A stretch of DNA of 64,000 nucleotides from Octopus vulgaris (Eukaryota), in contig OX597815.1 in NCBI GenBank assembly GCA_951406725.2, forward strand, positions 35,340,001-35,404,000. Direction: 5' to 3'. The notes under the pieces are model-generated. The model had not been told where the DNA came from. It did not search any database and saw only the letters and a list, made by a program, of their open reading frames with translations. The translations under genes were made by a program, and so were the position numbers. Positions 41,163 to 55,030 of this stretch are shown one piece after another; within the stretch, counting starts at the first letter, position 1, and each line of letters begins with the position of its first letter.

Positions 41163-41520
41163 GCTTGTTTCCCAACCATACGGTTCCGGGGGCAGTCCCA
41201 CTGTGTGAAACCTTGGGCAAGTGTCTTCTACTATAGCCTCGGGTCGACCAAAGACTTGTGAGTGAATTTGGTAGACGGAAACTGAAAGAAGCCCGTCATA
41301 TATATATATGTGTGTGTGTCTGTGTTTGTCCCCTCACCATCGCTTGACAACCGATGTTGATGTGTTTACGTCCCAATAACTTAGGGGTTCCGCAAAAGAC
41401 ACCGATAGAATAAGTACTAGGCTTACAAAGAATAAGTCCTGGGGTCGATTTGTTCGACTAAAGGCGGTGCTGCAGCATGGCCGCAGTCAAATGACTGAAA
41501 CAAGTATAAGAATAAAAGAA
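41161..41520 (+). mobile_element. tRNA-derived SINE (family C), lacking the start of its head
   Basis: CCTTGGGCAAGTGTCTT CORE-like box, internal TA/TG microsatellite, tail GGCGGTGCTGCAGCATGGCCGCAGTC..TGAAACAAGT. Tail fragments also at ~39280 and 51207-51255. Confidence 0.85.
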
Positions 41521-42078
41521 AGATATCATCTCTAACTAAGACTGACAGCATGTGATTTGTACTTAAAATGATCATCCCGTAGACATACACACACACGCAC
41601 ACACACACACATGTATTTGTGAGAGAGTGTGTGCATGTGTTTATAAATGTATGACATAAATCAACCGTGATCTAATTACTAAGAAGCACCATACCTAATT
41701 AATCCTTTAACCACTAAATTCTCCACGAACTAACTCTAATAATAAACCAAAACCTTGATCTACATCCATAGATCGACGACGCTTATAATACCTTGACCAT
41801 AAACTTAATAAGGAACAATAGAAACAACTAAAACCAGATCTCGGTTCATACGAAGCACTGGAAGAACCATGCAACAAATTATACCAAACAACAAACAAAA
41901 AACAAAAATATATAAATAAGGAACGGAACTACAAAGCTTTGCTAAATAAACAGACTCCTTCATCAGCTGCTCTGTTTGGAAATCATTACGATTTCGAGAT
42001 ATACACACAATACAGTAATAGACACATCTCAGCTACTTTTCTGATTCATAGGATTATATATATATATATATATATAGG

Positions 42079-42111
<33 letters not shown>

Positions 42112-43622
42112 GTGTGTGTGTGTGTGTGTATGTATGTGTGTGTATGTGTGTGCATGTGTGTTTATATGTGTGCATATAATAGCAAAATGTCGCCCTCCTG
42201 GCGGTTTTCTGCTAGTCGCTAAATGATATTTACTTTACAGATTTGATTCCCACTTTGTGTAATGCTTCTATGTTACATCTAATTTACATTTATGGCCTTT
42301 ATTCGTCTAATATAACTCATTCGTTCAGTAAATATTTCCTTCATGATTTTATCACAGCCTAAATCTCTCTCTTTCAAACAAACTCAAAGGTTCTCCATCC
42401 TCGGCGTGGTCGTTTATTATGATAGAAATAGCAGGTATCACGTCAGTATATGCTAAGGTGTACAGCGTACCAAACAATCATGCTAACAAGTTCATATCTG
42501 AATTCTTTTCTTTTTATGCCAGTGTAATGATTTCAGATCACCCCTTTCCACCCGGCCCCATTCAGCTGAACTACTCCCAGAGGTAATTTGAAATCGATTT
42601 CATCTTACCCACTATAATTTCAGATTACCATCTCAAATCCTTTTCTAGCTGGCATCATCACGATAAATAATATTTGTTTTCTCCGTGGGCAAATGTGTTA
42701 AATACACGCGAGTAAATCACGGAGAAAGAGTTTTGAGAGTCCACTTTATTGGTTGAAGTTTAAAAAAAAAGTCGTAATTAAAGTGTATAAATTTTTTTAT
42801 GTATAATAATTGTGTGTGAATATATTTTGCTTTGTATATAAATATATTTCGTTTGCATTTTAAGCGTGTATGTATTAATATATTTTGCTTTGTATTATAT
42901 ACATTTCGATCGCTAGTTACTACCTAAAAAATGTTTTTATATCAAAAATTGCAGACTCGGAATCTCTGATGCTTATTTTTTAAAGGCATCGTAAAAATGT
43001 TAGGAAATGTACTGGAAAATTTCATATTGAAAAACTTACTGTTGTTTCTGACACATGCGATCGTATAAAGTATTTCTTTTCTGTCGATATATATTTGTAA
43101 ATTACAGTATTTATAGACTATATAAACACACGACTAGAGATGAAAGATGGAGAATTATATATTTTTTTTATTCCCGTTCATCATATGAACTACAAACAGT
43201 GGAAGTTTCAGCAAAAGAATTTAACTATCGGAAATATATAAACAAAGATCAGATGGAAAGAGACACAGAAAGTAAGGAAACATTGAGAATGATGACCCGA
43301 AGTTGAAGTTTTTCAAAACCGTTGCAGTTAATTAAAATTAATCGCTTAGCTAAGAAGAAATTTAAAATGCACATTTTGATAAAAAATAGTATTTAAAGTT
43401 TAAATTTTAAATAATTTTCTAGAATAACGTTAACAATAGCTTTCATTTAGTAAAAGTTACGTAATTAAATATATATGAGTATAAGTGTGTGTGTGTGCGT
43501 GTGTGCGTGTGTGCATGTGTGTTCATATATACACATATATATATAATATATATATATGTATATATATATGTATATATATATGTATTTATTTATATATATA
43601 TATATATGTACATATATTTATA

Positions 43623-43682
<60 letters not shown>

Positions 43683-43789
43683 TACATACATATTAGACAG
43701 TGGGCACATACGCATGCGTACAAATACATATACGTATACATACATGCATATATATGCGTATGGCTGTTATCACAGCTTTTCATATAGGT

Positions 43790-44230
43790 AATAAGAGGAC
43801 TATGAAACTTGCGAATGGAAACTTATTTAATAGACTACACAAAATTATCATTTGTAGGAAGCGTCAGATCTACCCACCGAAAACCAACACCAATGAAAAA
43901 ATATAATTCATAAAATCTCTACAACAACACATGAAAAAATATTTTAGCGTAACAGCATTTAAATCTTGATTATAGTGTCATAAATTTTGATTTAAATACA
44001 TGAGAAATACCAGATCATTAAGCAACTTTATATGGAATCTCAAGCAGAAAGATATTAAATATTCTATTGAATGGTCTGTAGGAAGTGCCCTATCATATGA
44101 TGAAGGGAATGTTAGAGTAATTTCTTCCTCGAGGAGACGATACAGAACATTAAATGCAGCTCTTACCTAATAAATCAACGCAACGAATTAATGTATGCTG
44201 CTCACATTTATATAACGGTGCTTTCCAAGT
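43790..44230 (+). mobile_element. Penelope-like element GIY-YIG/C-terminal remnant
   Basis: From 44009 reads TRSLSNFIWNLKQKDIKYSIEWSV, then EET and LINQRNELM-like segments, matching the T.LS.YIW.LK...I.W.I / LN.R.EL pattern of PLE ORF ends. Confidence 0.7.
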
Positions 44231-44720
44231 TTCCGCTAATAACTATATACAACTTAATTAGTGTACCTTGGTAATACATAAATTATATATTTTCTTAGTT
44301 GGCATACTTTAACGTATATTTCCTTGTATAGATTAACATATAATGCACTAAGTCATCCACATAGTGGCGTGAATTATAATTAATTGTTTAGTTATTGCAT
44401 CATATTTTAATGAATCCCTTTCCCAATTTTGTTTTATTTTTGTTTTACCTTATAATTAAATTTTTGGTATTCCTTTTCTTAAAACTATGATTAGAATGAG
44501 TGTATATGCGCACTTATGTATATATATATATATATATATATATAGAAAATAGTAAAAAGTGAAAAAACTACAGAAGGCTTGTTTTAAAAGGTTAAAAAAT
44601 ATATATTTGAGTCATTATGTCAGAAGAATGTTATAAATTTTTTTCATACAATGACATAGTTTTCACTTTTTACTATTTTCTATATATTCAACCACGTGCT
44701 TTCACTCACCAACTTTCTCA

Positions 44721-44756
<36 letters not shown>

Positions 44757-44758
<2 letters not shown>

Positions 44759-45020
44759 TTATAAATTAGGATATCTACGAGATACCACCATGCTGAAAAT
44801 AGCAGCCATGATCTGACTCTAAAACCACCTTAAGTGTCCATATAGTAACACGGAGAGAAGACAAAGAGACAAGATGAAACAAGTAAAAATTACTGGATAA
44901 TTCCAGATCCCGGATCTCGTAGATACCCTAATTTATAAATTTTGAACGTTATTTTTTCCATGCTGACCACTTGATAAGATCATTATTTTATTTTAAATTA
45001 ACGATCTTATCCTTATTCAT
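44757..45020. repeat. Fold-back element related to 26650-27004
   Basis: TTATAAATTAGGATATCTACGAGAT and ATCTCGTAGATACCCTAATTTATAA are inverted; internal CCACCATGCTGAAAATAGCAGC..AAAACCAC is shared with the 26739 palindrome. Confidence 0.75.
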
Positions 45021-45074
45021 ATGCGCGCGTGTGTGTGTGTGTGTGTTTGTATGTATGTATGTATATACATTTGT

Positions 45075-45426
45075 ATTGCAATGATTATTTTTCATCATTG
45101 AAAACTTTTTTACCGTTCTCAATTCTGTTAACGGCTAGGTGATCAGGCGAGTTATACAGGCAGTGATGTAGCAACATTTGAAATATTATCTAGGTAAAAA
45201 TAGCTAAAGAAGACTAATCAAATTTGAAGAGTCCGAAACCTAGGTCCAGATTATCCAATTCTGGGTTGTCCATTTATCTAATGTTCTTCCAAAAGGTAAT
45301 ATGAATTGTTTTTATATTCGCTGCCCGCACACATCTTTGCCAGAATATATACTGTGAAGCTTTACAAAAGCGTCGTAAAATTATCGACAGCTATTTCCAG
45401 TGAACATTTGTGCCTTGTTGTACCAC

Positions 45427-45430
<4 letters not shown>
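45075..45430 (+). mobile_element. Family H1 copy with decayed hammerhead
   Basis: Aligns end to end with 11050-11420; CTAAAGA-AGACT..AGTCC-GAAA-CCTAGG-TC at 45204-45246. Confidence 0.7.
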
Positions 45431-45474
<44 letters not shown>

Positions 45475-45494
45475 GTATATCTGTATGTGTGAGT

Positions 45495-45588
<94 letters not shown>

Positions 45589-47199
45589 GTTTTTTTGCAT
45601 TTGTGTATATATGTATGTGCGTATGTGTGTATATGTGTATGCATTTATATAGTACGAGCACATGTGCGTATGTGTATATTTGTGAATGTGTACATATGAT
45701 GCATTTTATTTAATGTAATTTTACGTAATACAATTTCGTCCAACATCCAAAAGCATATAATTCTATATTAATCTTATTAGATACTGATTTCCTTTTATAG
45801 TTCTCGTAAGATTTATGCTGTCTTTTACTATTAATTAGGTCGCACTTAACGACATCACAGATTAAGTTACAATTCTATCTTAATTAGATACATACATACA
45901 GCTGTCATTAAACTAATAAGATCTGATGAAGATACCACCCTTGACTCTGACTTGGACACTTGGCAATAAAATGGAGACAGTGGTCTAGTATATGTTACTT
46001 ATTAACCCTCCTTTCCATATCTCAATGAATAGAAAACTTTCCGAAAGTATTTTGACTTTGGAAAAATTATCTGGACAACTATCTTCTCTGTATTTCTGGC
46101 AATTTAATCGAGTGACTGAAGTACTGATTACATATGCATATTGCCATGCGAAACGCTTGAATCGTACCACACTATTCGATACACGTGTAAGCTAAATAAA
46201 TCGGTGAAAACGCATCTTCGTTTTTTTTATTTATATGTATTCCCCGTCTAATGAAATAAGGCAGCTTATCGATTGAGTCGCTGGATGTCGAACAGAATGC
46301 CATCTGGTGTTAATATTTAGTTACATTCTTTACGTCCTGGGTTCAAATCAGTCAAGGTCAAATTTGTCATTCTTTCCGTATCGATAAAGTGATACGATTG
46401 ACGAATTGATGGAGCGTCTGTCAACAAGACGAGGAAGGACACAGATAGCCATTTGGTTGTTTTCCGCTGGTGCTGTTCAATCCTTGTTGAGCAGACTTAT
46501 TATTAAATATTTTCCAGTTACGCAACATGAGTACTCTTCTAGTAACATGTATTCATATTAGGTTTGTGTGAACATTTCACTCTCTTGTCAGAAATAGACC
46601 AACAGTGATTTAATTTTCATTTTTTCACGATAGCATTCTTGAACTTGGTTATTAGTCACAAATATATATTATAAATAACGAAGAGCAAATGGAATCACAT
46701 ATAACCTACAGACGTTTGCTGCAAAAAAAAAAATAATGACTGAACCAAGAAATTTAAATTAATTAAAATTATGTCCCCCAAAATAAGAATAGCCAATCGT
46801 TGTTTCATGACTAACTCTGGTCAAAAAGGCAGAGGAGACAACTATCACCCTGTCAACTCTTTTCAATTGTTGGTTATGTGGTTCAGTGAAGATATTCAAC
46901 TGTAGTAGTGCATATGTGTGTGTGTCTGTGTGTTATAATATCCTATTCCTTTTACCTTCTCTCGAGTAGTAGCAGCTTCAGTCACATTATTTCCCTTCGG
47001 ATATTGTTCTATCTTTTTTTAGCTACTTACTTTCCTTCTCTTTTCTCTTTTTTCCTGCTGCTGTAACACTTTTCTCTTCGTTTATATACATACAGGCTCA
47101 TATGTGAACAAGCAAAATCCTAATACGGATGTGTGTGTGTCTGTGTCTCTGTGTCTGTGTCTGTGTATTATATCAAAGTAGACAATCTATTCTGAGTTT

Positions 47200-48360
47200 C
47201 ACTCTTAGCTGGGTAGTTCATGTAACGTATCAATCAATCTGAGTTGTATCTGTGACATATCAATCCATGATAAAGGTTTTCGAAAGCCTTTACAGCAAAA
47301 CATATATATCAGCTTACCTAACCACTTGCAAAAAAGCTTTCGAAAGGTATCTCAAGTGATTCTCCTGAAGCCTTTTTATATGCTTCCCAGAATATTATGG
47401 AAATTCAAACCAAACCTGTTACTGAGCTTAGGCTCATTTTATTTATAGCTGCTTATATCGATTTAATCGATGGTTGCTAACTCTCAGTGTGGAGTATTGG
47501 AAAGCATAACAAGTTTATTTGTAAGTGTCCCCTTGGGATAGTGAAAACACTTTCGAATTGTTCATTCAGTATTTCACTTCCTCTTTAGTGGATTGCAGCT
47601 AGTAAGCTGTTACCTTTGAACAGTGCCCTCATTTTCAAAATGTACTTTGCAAATTTACAATAAACCTTCGGGTTCGCTTTTATCTTATTTTATCTACAAT
47701 TTTAATTTGTTTTTCTGCTCTCTCTTTTCTATGGGAGCGTTTTGCTTTATTATCGCTTTCAAGGAGTGTTTTTTTAAGTAGGATATTTTGCTGCTCACCA
47801 CACTTCTCCATTTTGGGGTGGGATTTAAACGATTTGAAATATTTGATGTATATCTCATCAGAATATTATCGTCCTTGGGAATTATATTTTTGTAATATTG
47901 AATTTTGTCCCTGAATCATATTTTATGTATACGGTTTACATTATTAACTTATATTACTTCAGATTCAAGTCATTGTCTCGCTGGTGAGACTTTCAAGCCA
48001 GTTCTGTTAGATTTGTTTTTAAACACATTTTTGTGAGCCCCCTGGGCATTCGTGTTGGAGCATTTTAGTGCTTCTTGTGAGGTGCATGCCTACAGCTTCC
48101 TTTGAGCTGTACATTGTTAATTCTATAATTATATTTTTGTGGGGGATAATCATCATAGGCATCATCTACACATCATTGATGAGTTCTATGATTTGTGAAG
48201 CAGAGAACTAAAGTATCAGCGCTCCTGGTTGGGTGAAGTATCATTTGGTTCATCAACAGTAGGGTAGTAAAGTAGATGCTGCACTTCTTCATCCATGCAG
48301 TAACTGAGGGAATGTGGCCCTTGAGCCATTAGGAAGCATACTTCTACATTTCTCTACAAA
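47200..48360 (-). mobile_element. Decayed CR1-group LINE ORF2 fragment
   Basis: Minus strand EILNEQFESVFT (47575-47540), AINKMSLSS downstream, and an NIIIEL endonuclease-end-like segment upstream. Confidence 0.6.
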
Positions 48361-48689
48361 TATCTGACATATGCTTGTGTATATTCGTGAATGTGTACTA
48401 GTGTGTGAGAGAGAAAGAGGGGGCGATGGGAGAGAAAGAAAGAGAGAAACATGTTACCTCCGAATACTGGTTTAATTTGGTCGGCTGATCGTACTCGTTT
48501 TACGGTTTGAAGGTAACAATATAGATCTATAGTATATATATGAGTGCGTGTGTGAGTGTGTGTGTGTGTGCGTGTGTGTGTGCGTGTGTGTGCGTGTACA
48601 TGCGTGTGCGTGTACGAGTGTGTGTATATCTGTGCGTCTGTGTATAATCACTACACAGATATATACATATATACATATGTACAAACGTA

Positions 48690-48787
<98 letters not shown>

Positions 48788-48820
48788 CTTTATTTAAAGC
48801 AGCAGAAAATTCAACAAAAC

Positions 48821-48856
48821 CTGTTACTCTGAGTTTCCCGTTGCCGTTCATCGGAC
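48821..48856 (-). ncRNA. Hammerhead-like variant with CCGAUGA core, stem I truncated (family H6)
   Basis: Minus strand: GT-CCGATGA-ACG-gcaa-CGG-GAAA-CTC-a-GAG-TA-ACAG; ~70-bp island next to (TA)/(CA) repeats. Confidence 0.5.
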
Positions 48857-49576
48857 GATGAGGCAAAAGAGGAGAAATGAAATGTAAGAAAAATATTATA
48901 TTTCATAATATAAACATGTTTTGTTATCTATAGCATTTGTTGCTTTTCATTTTATGTATCGCGTTCTTTTGAGGTTTTTCTTTTTTTCATCATCTTGAAA
49001 TATATCTATTCATTCGATTTCTTTTTGCAATGCTTAAAAATAGTGTATTCTTCAGGAGGATCTATCGTATTGGATACAAAACATCTTCCTTGCATTCATT
49101 GCGATTTTTCCATTGATCAGTTCAAGGTATGTTAAAATCTATTTTGCATATTATCTCCAAAGTGCATACATATCAATAATGATTTGCCACAGTAACGAGG
49201 AGCCACATATTTTAGAGGAAGGACTTTAATTGAATAAATAGCCCCTAGTATTTGATTCGCACTTAATATTTTCGGTCGCTCGAAGGATAAAGACTAAAAC
49301 AGGTTTCACTGGGATTTGACCTAAAAACGCAAAGGGAGGTAACTAAATAGTGCAAGCCATTCAGTTCGACGCGTTACTGAAGCAGCATGAAATAATTTAT
49401 CATCAAAGTATTCGAGTTCAATAATTTGTGTTATAATGCGATCTAAATCGACCGTTGAGGTTAATTTTCTCTAAAAGGATGATCTTTTATGCAATATTTT
49501 ATCCCGAAAAGCCTGCAGCCCTTTGCTTCTCCCTTACGTCTTGCTTTAAATTTCGCAAACATTGATTTACTGAACA

Positions 49577-49787
49577 TCAACCGCATCTGTTTTCTTGTTG
49601 CAGTTCCTGCTGATGAACTGATGAACAGTTTCCTCCAGCTGATGTTGTAATTTCATTTGAAATGGCTGAATAACTTGAACTTGCATTAACTTGAGATTTG
49701 AAAATCTGAGAAAACCTTGACTCTAAGATTTGTGTTTGAATAAGTGTAGTAGCGAAGTTTGCTTTCCATCCAGATTTTGGTTCCACG
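49577..49787 (-). CDS. Candidate terminal coding exon, unknown protein (VEPKSGWKANF...QQENRCG*)
   Basis: TAACATTTTCAG| acceptor with AG at 49789-49788, followed by a ~70-codon open frame of ordinary composition to TGA. No domain recognised. Confidence 0.33.
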
Positions 49788-49871
49788 CTGAAAATGTTAC
49801 ACAATTGTTACTAGTCTCAATGATCTTATTAGTCCTAGTACCAACCAATAATTTCTGACATAAGCACACTT

Positions 49872-49955
<84 letters not shown>

Positions 49956-50509
49956 GCCCTGATGCAGTACCAGGCAGTGGCTCTCATGGCTTCTGATCTT
50001 AACTGATTGGAAGTGTTATCATGTACATTGTTTTGTCTTGGTATAAAAGATGGGCTACAGCAAATATTCTGCTCAATACCACAGATTTGCTTGTCAGTTG
50101 TTTGACCTTAACCGGTTGAGCATGTCCCTTAGTGGCTGACGATATGTGCATCTTTGATCACGAGCAGAAGTAGTGGGGGAGCATCATAGCCATGTGTTGA
50201 GAGGGATTCTTTGGGGTTTGAATAATTCACCTCTGGAAACATGGGTGGTTCTTTCAACATCCTTAAACAACCCTTCTTCAGGGACCTTTTGAGCGGGATG
50301 GGCTACTCAACCTGAAGAAAATTCTAGCTGGGCCCCACCTGCAAGGTCATGTGCTGTTTATCTTAATATGAGATCACCATGTCGCGCACATATGGTTGTG
50401 ATGCATGTGCCTGGTGTACCCTTATCAGACGGGTAGTCATGATGGGTATACTGGGCTTCGTATATTTTACCCCAGTGTCACTTTGATGGCATGCTCTGCT
50501 CGCTCACTC
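49956..50509 (+). mobile_element. 554-bp (AAT)n-associated non-coding element, copy 3
   Basis: Same ends and length as copy 2; (AAT)n on both flanks. Confidence 0.9.
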
Positions 50510-50519
50510 AATAATAATA

Positions 50520-50552
<33 letters not shown>

Positions 50553-50553
<1 letters not shown>

Positions 50554-51030
50554 TGTTGTGGGACTTCAACAGTCAGACTGACAGAGTAATAGAAGCTAGA
50601 AGGCCTGATTTAGTAGTAGTACATAAAGAGAATAGAAAGTGCCAGATAATTGACTTTATGTACCAAATGATGAAAAAAATCAATATGAGCCGTGTAGAAA
50701 AAATAGCAAAGTACCAGGACCTAGCCATTGAATTACAAAGACTATGGAAAGTGCGGGTAAAACGTATCCGGTAGTTATAGGTGCTTTAGGAACAATCCCT
50801 AAAGATTTGAACAGGCGGATAGAAGAAATAGGCATAAAACCCATTTTAGTACAGCTCCAAAAAATAGTGTTATTAGGGACAGTTAGGATACTTAGGCGGG
50901 TTCTTGGCATCTAAAGTTACTTGTTGTAGCCTGATGTTTGGAATTTTTCTTTTCCAACTGTCTAATCTGTTGTGTGTATATGAGTAAGCTATGTCCAACC
51001 TTGCAAGCGATGTCACAACTGTCTTCTACC
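50553..51030 (+). mobile_element. 5'-truncated Dong/R4-clade LINE (RLE end), a second family
   Basis: LWDFNSQTDRVIEARRPDLVVV, KIAKYQDLAIEL, VIGALGTIP and LQKIVLLGTVRILRRVL; begins directly after (AAT)n. Confidence 0.92.
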
Positions 51031-51043
51031 TCTCTCACTCTCT

Positions 51044-51083
<40 letters not shown>

Positions 51084-51140
51084 TATATATATATATATAT
51101 ATATATGTAGATAGATAGATAGATAGATAGATATATAGAT

Positions 51141-51204
<64 letters not shown>

Positions 51205-51277
51205 ATGGCGGTGCCCCAGCATGGCCACAGCTCATAAGCTGAAACTGGAAAAATCAATCAAAATCAATCAATCAATC

Positions 51278-51355
<78 letters not shown>

Positions 51356-53836
51356 CATAATATATATCGCCCTCTATCTGTAACAATGAAAACAACGAAT
51401 GACATGAAAACGCAAAGACAACTAAAATACCACAAGTTTGATGCTTTGTCTTAAACTGCCATAAATCGACAATGCCCTCGATCATAGCAACATGGATATC
51501 AAATTTGGAGGGAGAGAACAGCTGATTATATCAGCCGTCATGTACATAAACTATTGATCATCTGGAAAAATGAAAGGTATATTTGATTTTATCAATATTT
51601 GAATTCAGATGGAAAAGCCGTGCGACTCAACACAGGAATATATTTGTCTGGTGCTTCACTGATTCTACACACCCACTGCACTTACTGTGCTAATAATAAT
51701 ATATTAATATCATAGATTTATGTCCTTGGCGTAGGTGTTCATTATATTAGTAAAGAAACATAGATTCGTGGTTATACGAAAAAAAGTATAAATATCTATT
51801 TAATCCATACTCTTGTAGTATGAACATATTCAGCTGTTTGACCTTTCGTAATCATGTGTATTCAACAAAAGATGATCAGTTGCATTGACATGAAGGGATA
51901 AAGAAATTAGAGGAATGGGAGTTGTTATGCTAATACTTTTCCTTAGGCATTGGAATAGTAATTGAAATAGCCACAATCGGAAGCTACAGACTCAGTTCCC
52001 CGGAGGGATTACTTCATACAGTACGACCGACACTCATGCTCATTATATCTGTTCATATACTTCAGATATTTCATTAGTTTTTACTTTGAACCAAAGAATT
52101 ATTGTTTGGCTGAAGAACGAACTAAACATAAGCTGTGTTGAATCATATGCTTTGGTTGCTACTGCTTATACCCAGATCAATCCTGATCAATCATACCTAT
52201 GATCAAAGGCGTCCCAGCCACTACTAATCCAACCTATGCTTTAGTTGATTTAAGCTGTGCAGCTATAAGTCTAGCTGCATAGCTAATATCTATTTATTTG
52301 ATCACGTTATGGTTGATGGATGCACTTTTACGAATTATTTTAGTTTGCATACAGGATCATATAACGTTAATACATCAGTGAGTTGGTTATAAATGTACAG
52401 CTACGGTTGAGTAGAGTGCAGTGAAGTAGGGGAGACCAGAGATCATAGGTCTAATTATTATTAGCATTGCTAATGTGTTGTTTTCTACTAATAAACGTAA
52501 TTAGGTTTCATATACTTAAAAAAAGTTTTGATATTTTCTCGTCATAAAATATTCAACTGTTAAAAACAACATGACTTGATATTAGAACTTACCATGGTGT
52601 AAATTAATCCCTTATTTTTAATTATCAGGAGAAATTCTTGAATATCAATTTTTTAGTACTGTTCTGTGATATGCTACACATCGGACAGTCCTTGGAGTTT
52701 CAGAATTTCTATGAGAAGAGGCTGCCAGCTTTTCACTCAACCTTCTGTATCTGAAGATAGGAATGTTTTATCTTCCATGATTCTTCTCACGGCACAACGT
52801 AGGCAAATCTGAGGGAGGAGAATTAGTCACAGTACTTAACTAATACTTTATCGATCCCAAAAGAGTTGACTTCGGCAGGTTTTGTATACCGAGCGCCGAT
52901 AGCCAGAAAGAATACTGCAATGCACTCTATTTGAAACTCTAAACTGCCAATTTGACGCTTTAATTTTAATTCAGTAAACACTGAAATAATTACAGCGTAC
53001 TTTAACACGCCATAATTATTTCAGCCCAAAATATTTCTGATGAGGAATCCTTCAAGTATTAAGAATAATGCAAGCTTAGAGAACTTACAATTATTTCCAA
53101 ATTAAGGCTTAATTTGCTTGTGCCAAATTTTGGCAAATATTCTCCAATGACAGTTTTCTACACTTATATAATTTGCTCATTATTTTCGACAATATTCTTC
53201 AGAGTAAAGTTTCACTACTTGGAACAGTTCCTTGTATCATAGAATCTTCACACTTGCTACTTTCATGAATAAGAACTTCGACAATATTTCATGATATTAC
53301 ACTCTGCGTATATAATTAGCACTTTCGTTAGAATGGAACGAAAATAGTATTTCCCGCGTATATACTCAATTCTTTGTTAGTTAAGCTGCCTTGTAGGTTT
53401 GCTTCCAATTTTCAGTTTTCCTTTTTTTTTTTCGTAATCAGTAAGATAATGAGGTAGGTTATGTCAACTGCATAGCTCATCTCCTTCCACCGTGTGTTTC
53501 TCTATTTAAATGAAACCGCTGTTACACAGAGTTATAGTTTCACATAAATAACCTTATAAAATACTAAATATTGGAAAATTCCATTGTGCTTTTACTAAGG
53601 AGAGTCTTAAAATTAAATAAATCTAAAACTTAAAATTGCATCAGAATATGTGATAGGCCAACTGAATTAGGTCTGTAGTTGCTGTTAAGTATACCAGACC
53701 AAGTCTAAACAAGTATACTTATAAATCAGTGGTTAAAAGAAATGTGCATGTTGGTCGTGCTTAGGCGCCAAGCGTTTTATTTACGCCACAAAATAAGGAA
53801 AGTATTGGAACCAACATGGAAACCCCTAGTGGTCAC

Positions 53837-53928
53837 ATGATATGCTAGAAATACTAAATTGCACCACTTTCTTAAAAAGGGGATGATATGCTAGAAATAC
53901 TAAATTGCACCACTTTCTTAAAAAGGGG
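53837..53928. repeat. 46-bp perfect tandem duplication
   Basis: ATGATATGCTAGAAATACTAAATTGCACCACTTTCTTAAAAAGGGG x2. Confidence 0.95.
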
Positions 53929-54029
53929 AAGAACCGATTAGAAGAAGAAATGAGACAATCACACAATTGGAGATTATTTTGGAGCTAAACAGCAATAATT
54001 TGATTATTCTCGAAGGATATTAAAAGTGT

Positions 54030-55030
54030 ACGCGTTCTCTTTTCCAATATAATTGAATCTTCCCCAATTATTCGAATCCCTCTTCTTCCTTAATGAGTAT
54101 TATTATGGCTTTCGTAATGTTAGATATATTGAAGACTTACTCATCTATATCACTCATCAGTGGAGTTTTTCTCTCGATAAACTGGTGAAAACAAATGTTA
54201 ACACCTTCATATCAGCGAAGTTCTTTTTGTCTGCACGCAAATTTCAAGGCAAAACTTCCCGCGTATGAGCTCTATCCATTTCTTGTTCTTTAGAGCGATG
54301 TTTTCCCAGTAAGATTGCACCATCGTGCCATGTGTTGGTGTTATGTCTCTCACATTCTATCAACCTCGGTCTTCCCAAGTTTACGATTTTGTCAATTTGT
54401 CATCTACAATCCAAAATTCTGGCCCATAGAGGAGCTGTCTCTTCTCTCTGCATTCTCTACTACTACTACTACTACTACTACTATTTTCTTCCTCTTACTC
54501 CTCCTCCTCCTACCACTACTACCACGACCACCCCTACTTCTACTACTACTACTGCTGCTGCTGCTACTACTACTGTTCCTCCTCCTCCTCCTACTCCTCC
54601 TCCTCCTCCAACTACTACTACTACTGCTGCTACTATTATTTCTCCCCTTCCTACTACTACTACTATACCTACTACTACTACTACTACAACTACTACTACT
54701 ACTACTACTATTGATGCTGCTGCTACTATTACCACCACCACCACCACCACCACCGCTACTACTACTACTACTACTTCTACGACTACGACTACTACTACTA
54801 CGACCACGACTACTACTACTACTACTACTAGAGTGGTTTCTCCTCGAAGGTGACTAGTTTCATCCTACTTCATCTCATACACTCTCAACTCATTCATTTC
54901 TCATTCTCCTCACTCATATTTTGTCCACTCCTTGTCCTGTAATATCTACTCTGTCTAATTCTTCCTTTCGACAACTTTCTTCCTGGAATTCCCTCTCATC
55001 TCATATATTAGAAGTGAATCAGGTCAACCT
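54030..55030 (+). mobile_element. Decayed APE-type LINE (CR1/L2/Jockey group) RT and 3' remnants, interrupted by a trinucleotide tract
   Basis: YYGFRNVRYIEDLLIYITHQWSFSLD..ISAKF (RT-like) and SWNSLSSHI (WNSLP motif); (CTA/CTC/CCA)n at 54458-54830. Confidence 0.65.

Noticed and set aside
50118-50243. Type III hammerhead in the 554-bp element (CATGTC-cc..gg-CTGACGA ... GAAACATG)
   Set aside because: Stem I is only 2 bp, the base of stem II does not pair convincingly, and the core is mutated in copy 1; likely chance, though cheap to test.
53843-53900. GCTAGAAATA similarity to the Cas9 sgRNA scaffold
   Set aside because: A 10-nt coincidence inside an old dispersed repeat (related segments near 16410 and 28830); no other scaffold parts.
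54315-54857. Mucin-like or poly-Leu protein
   Set aside because: A trinucleotide expansion inside a decayed LINE, open in several frames.
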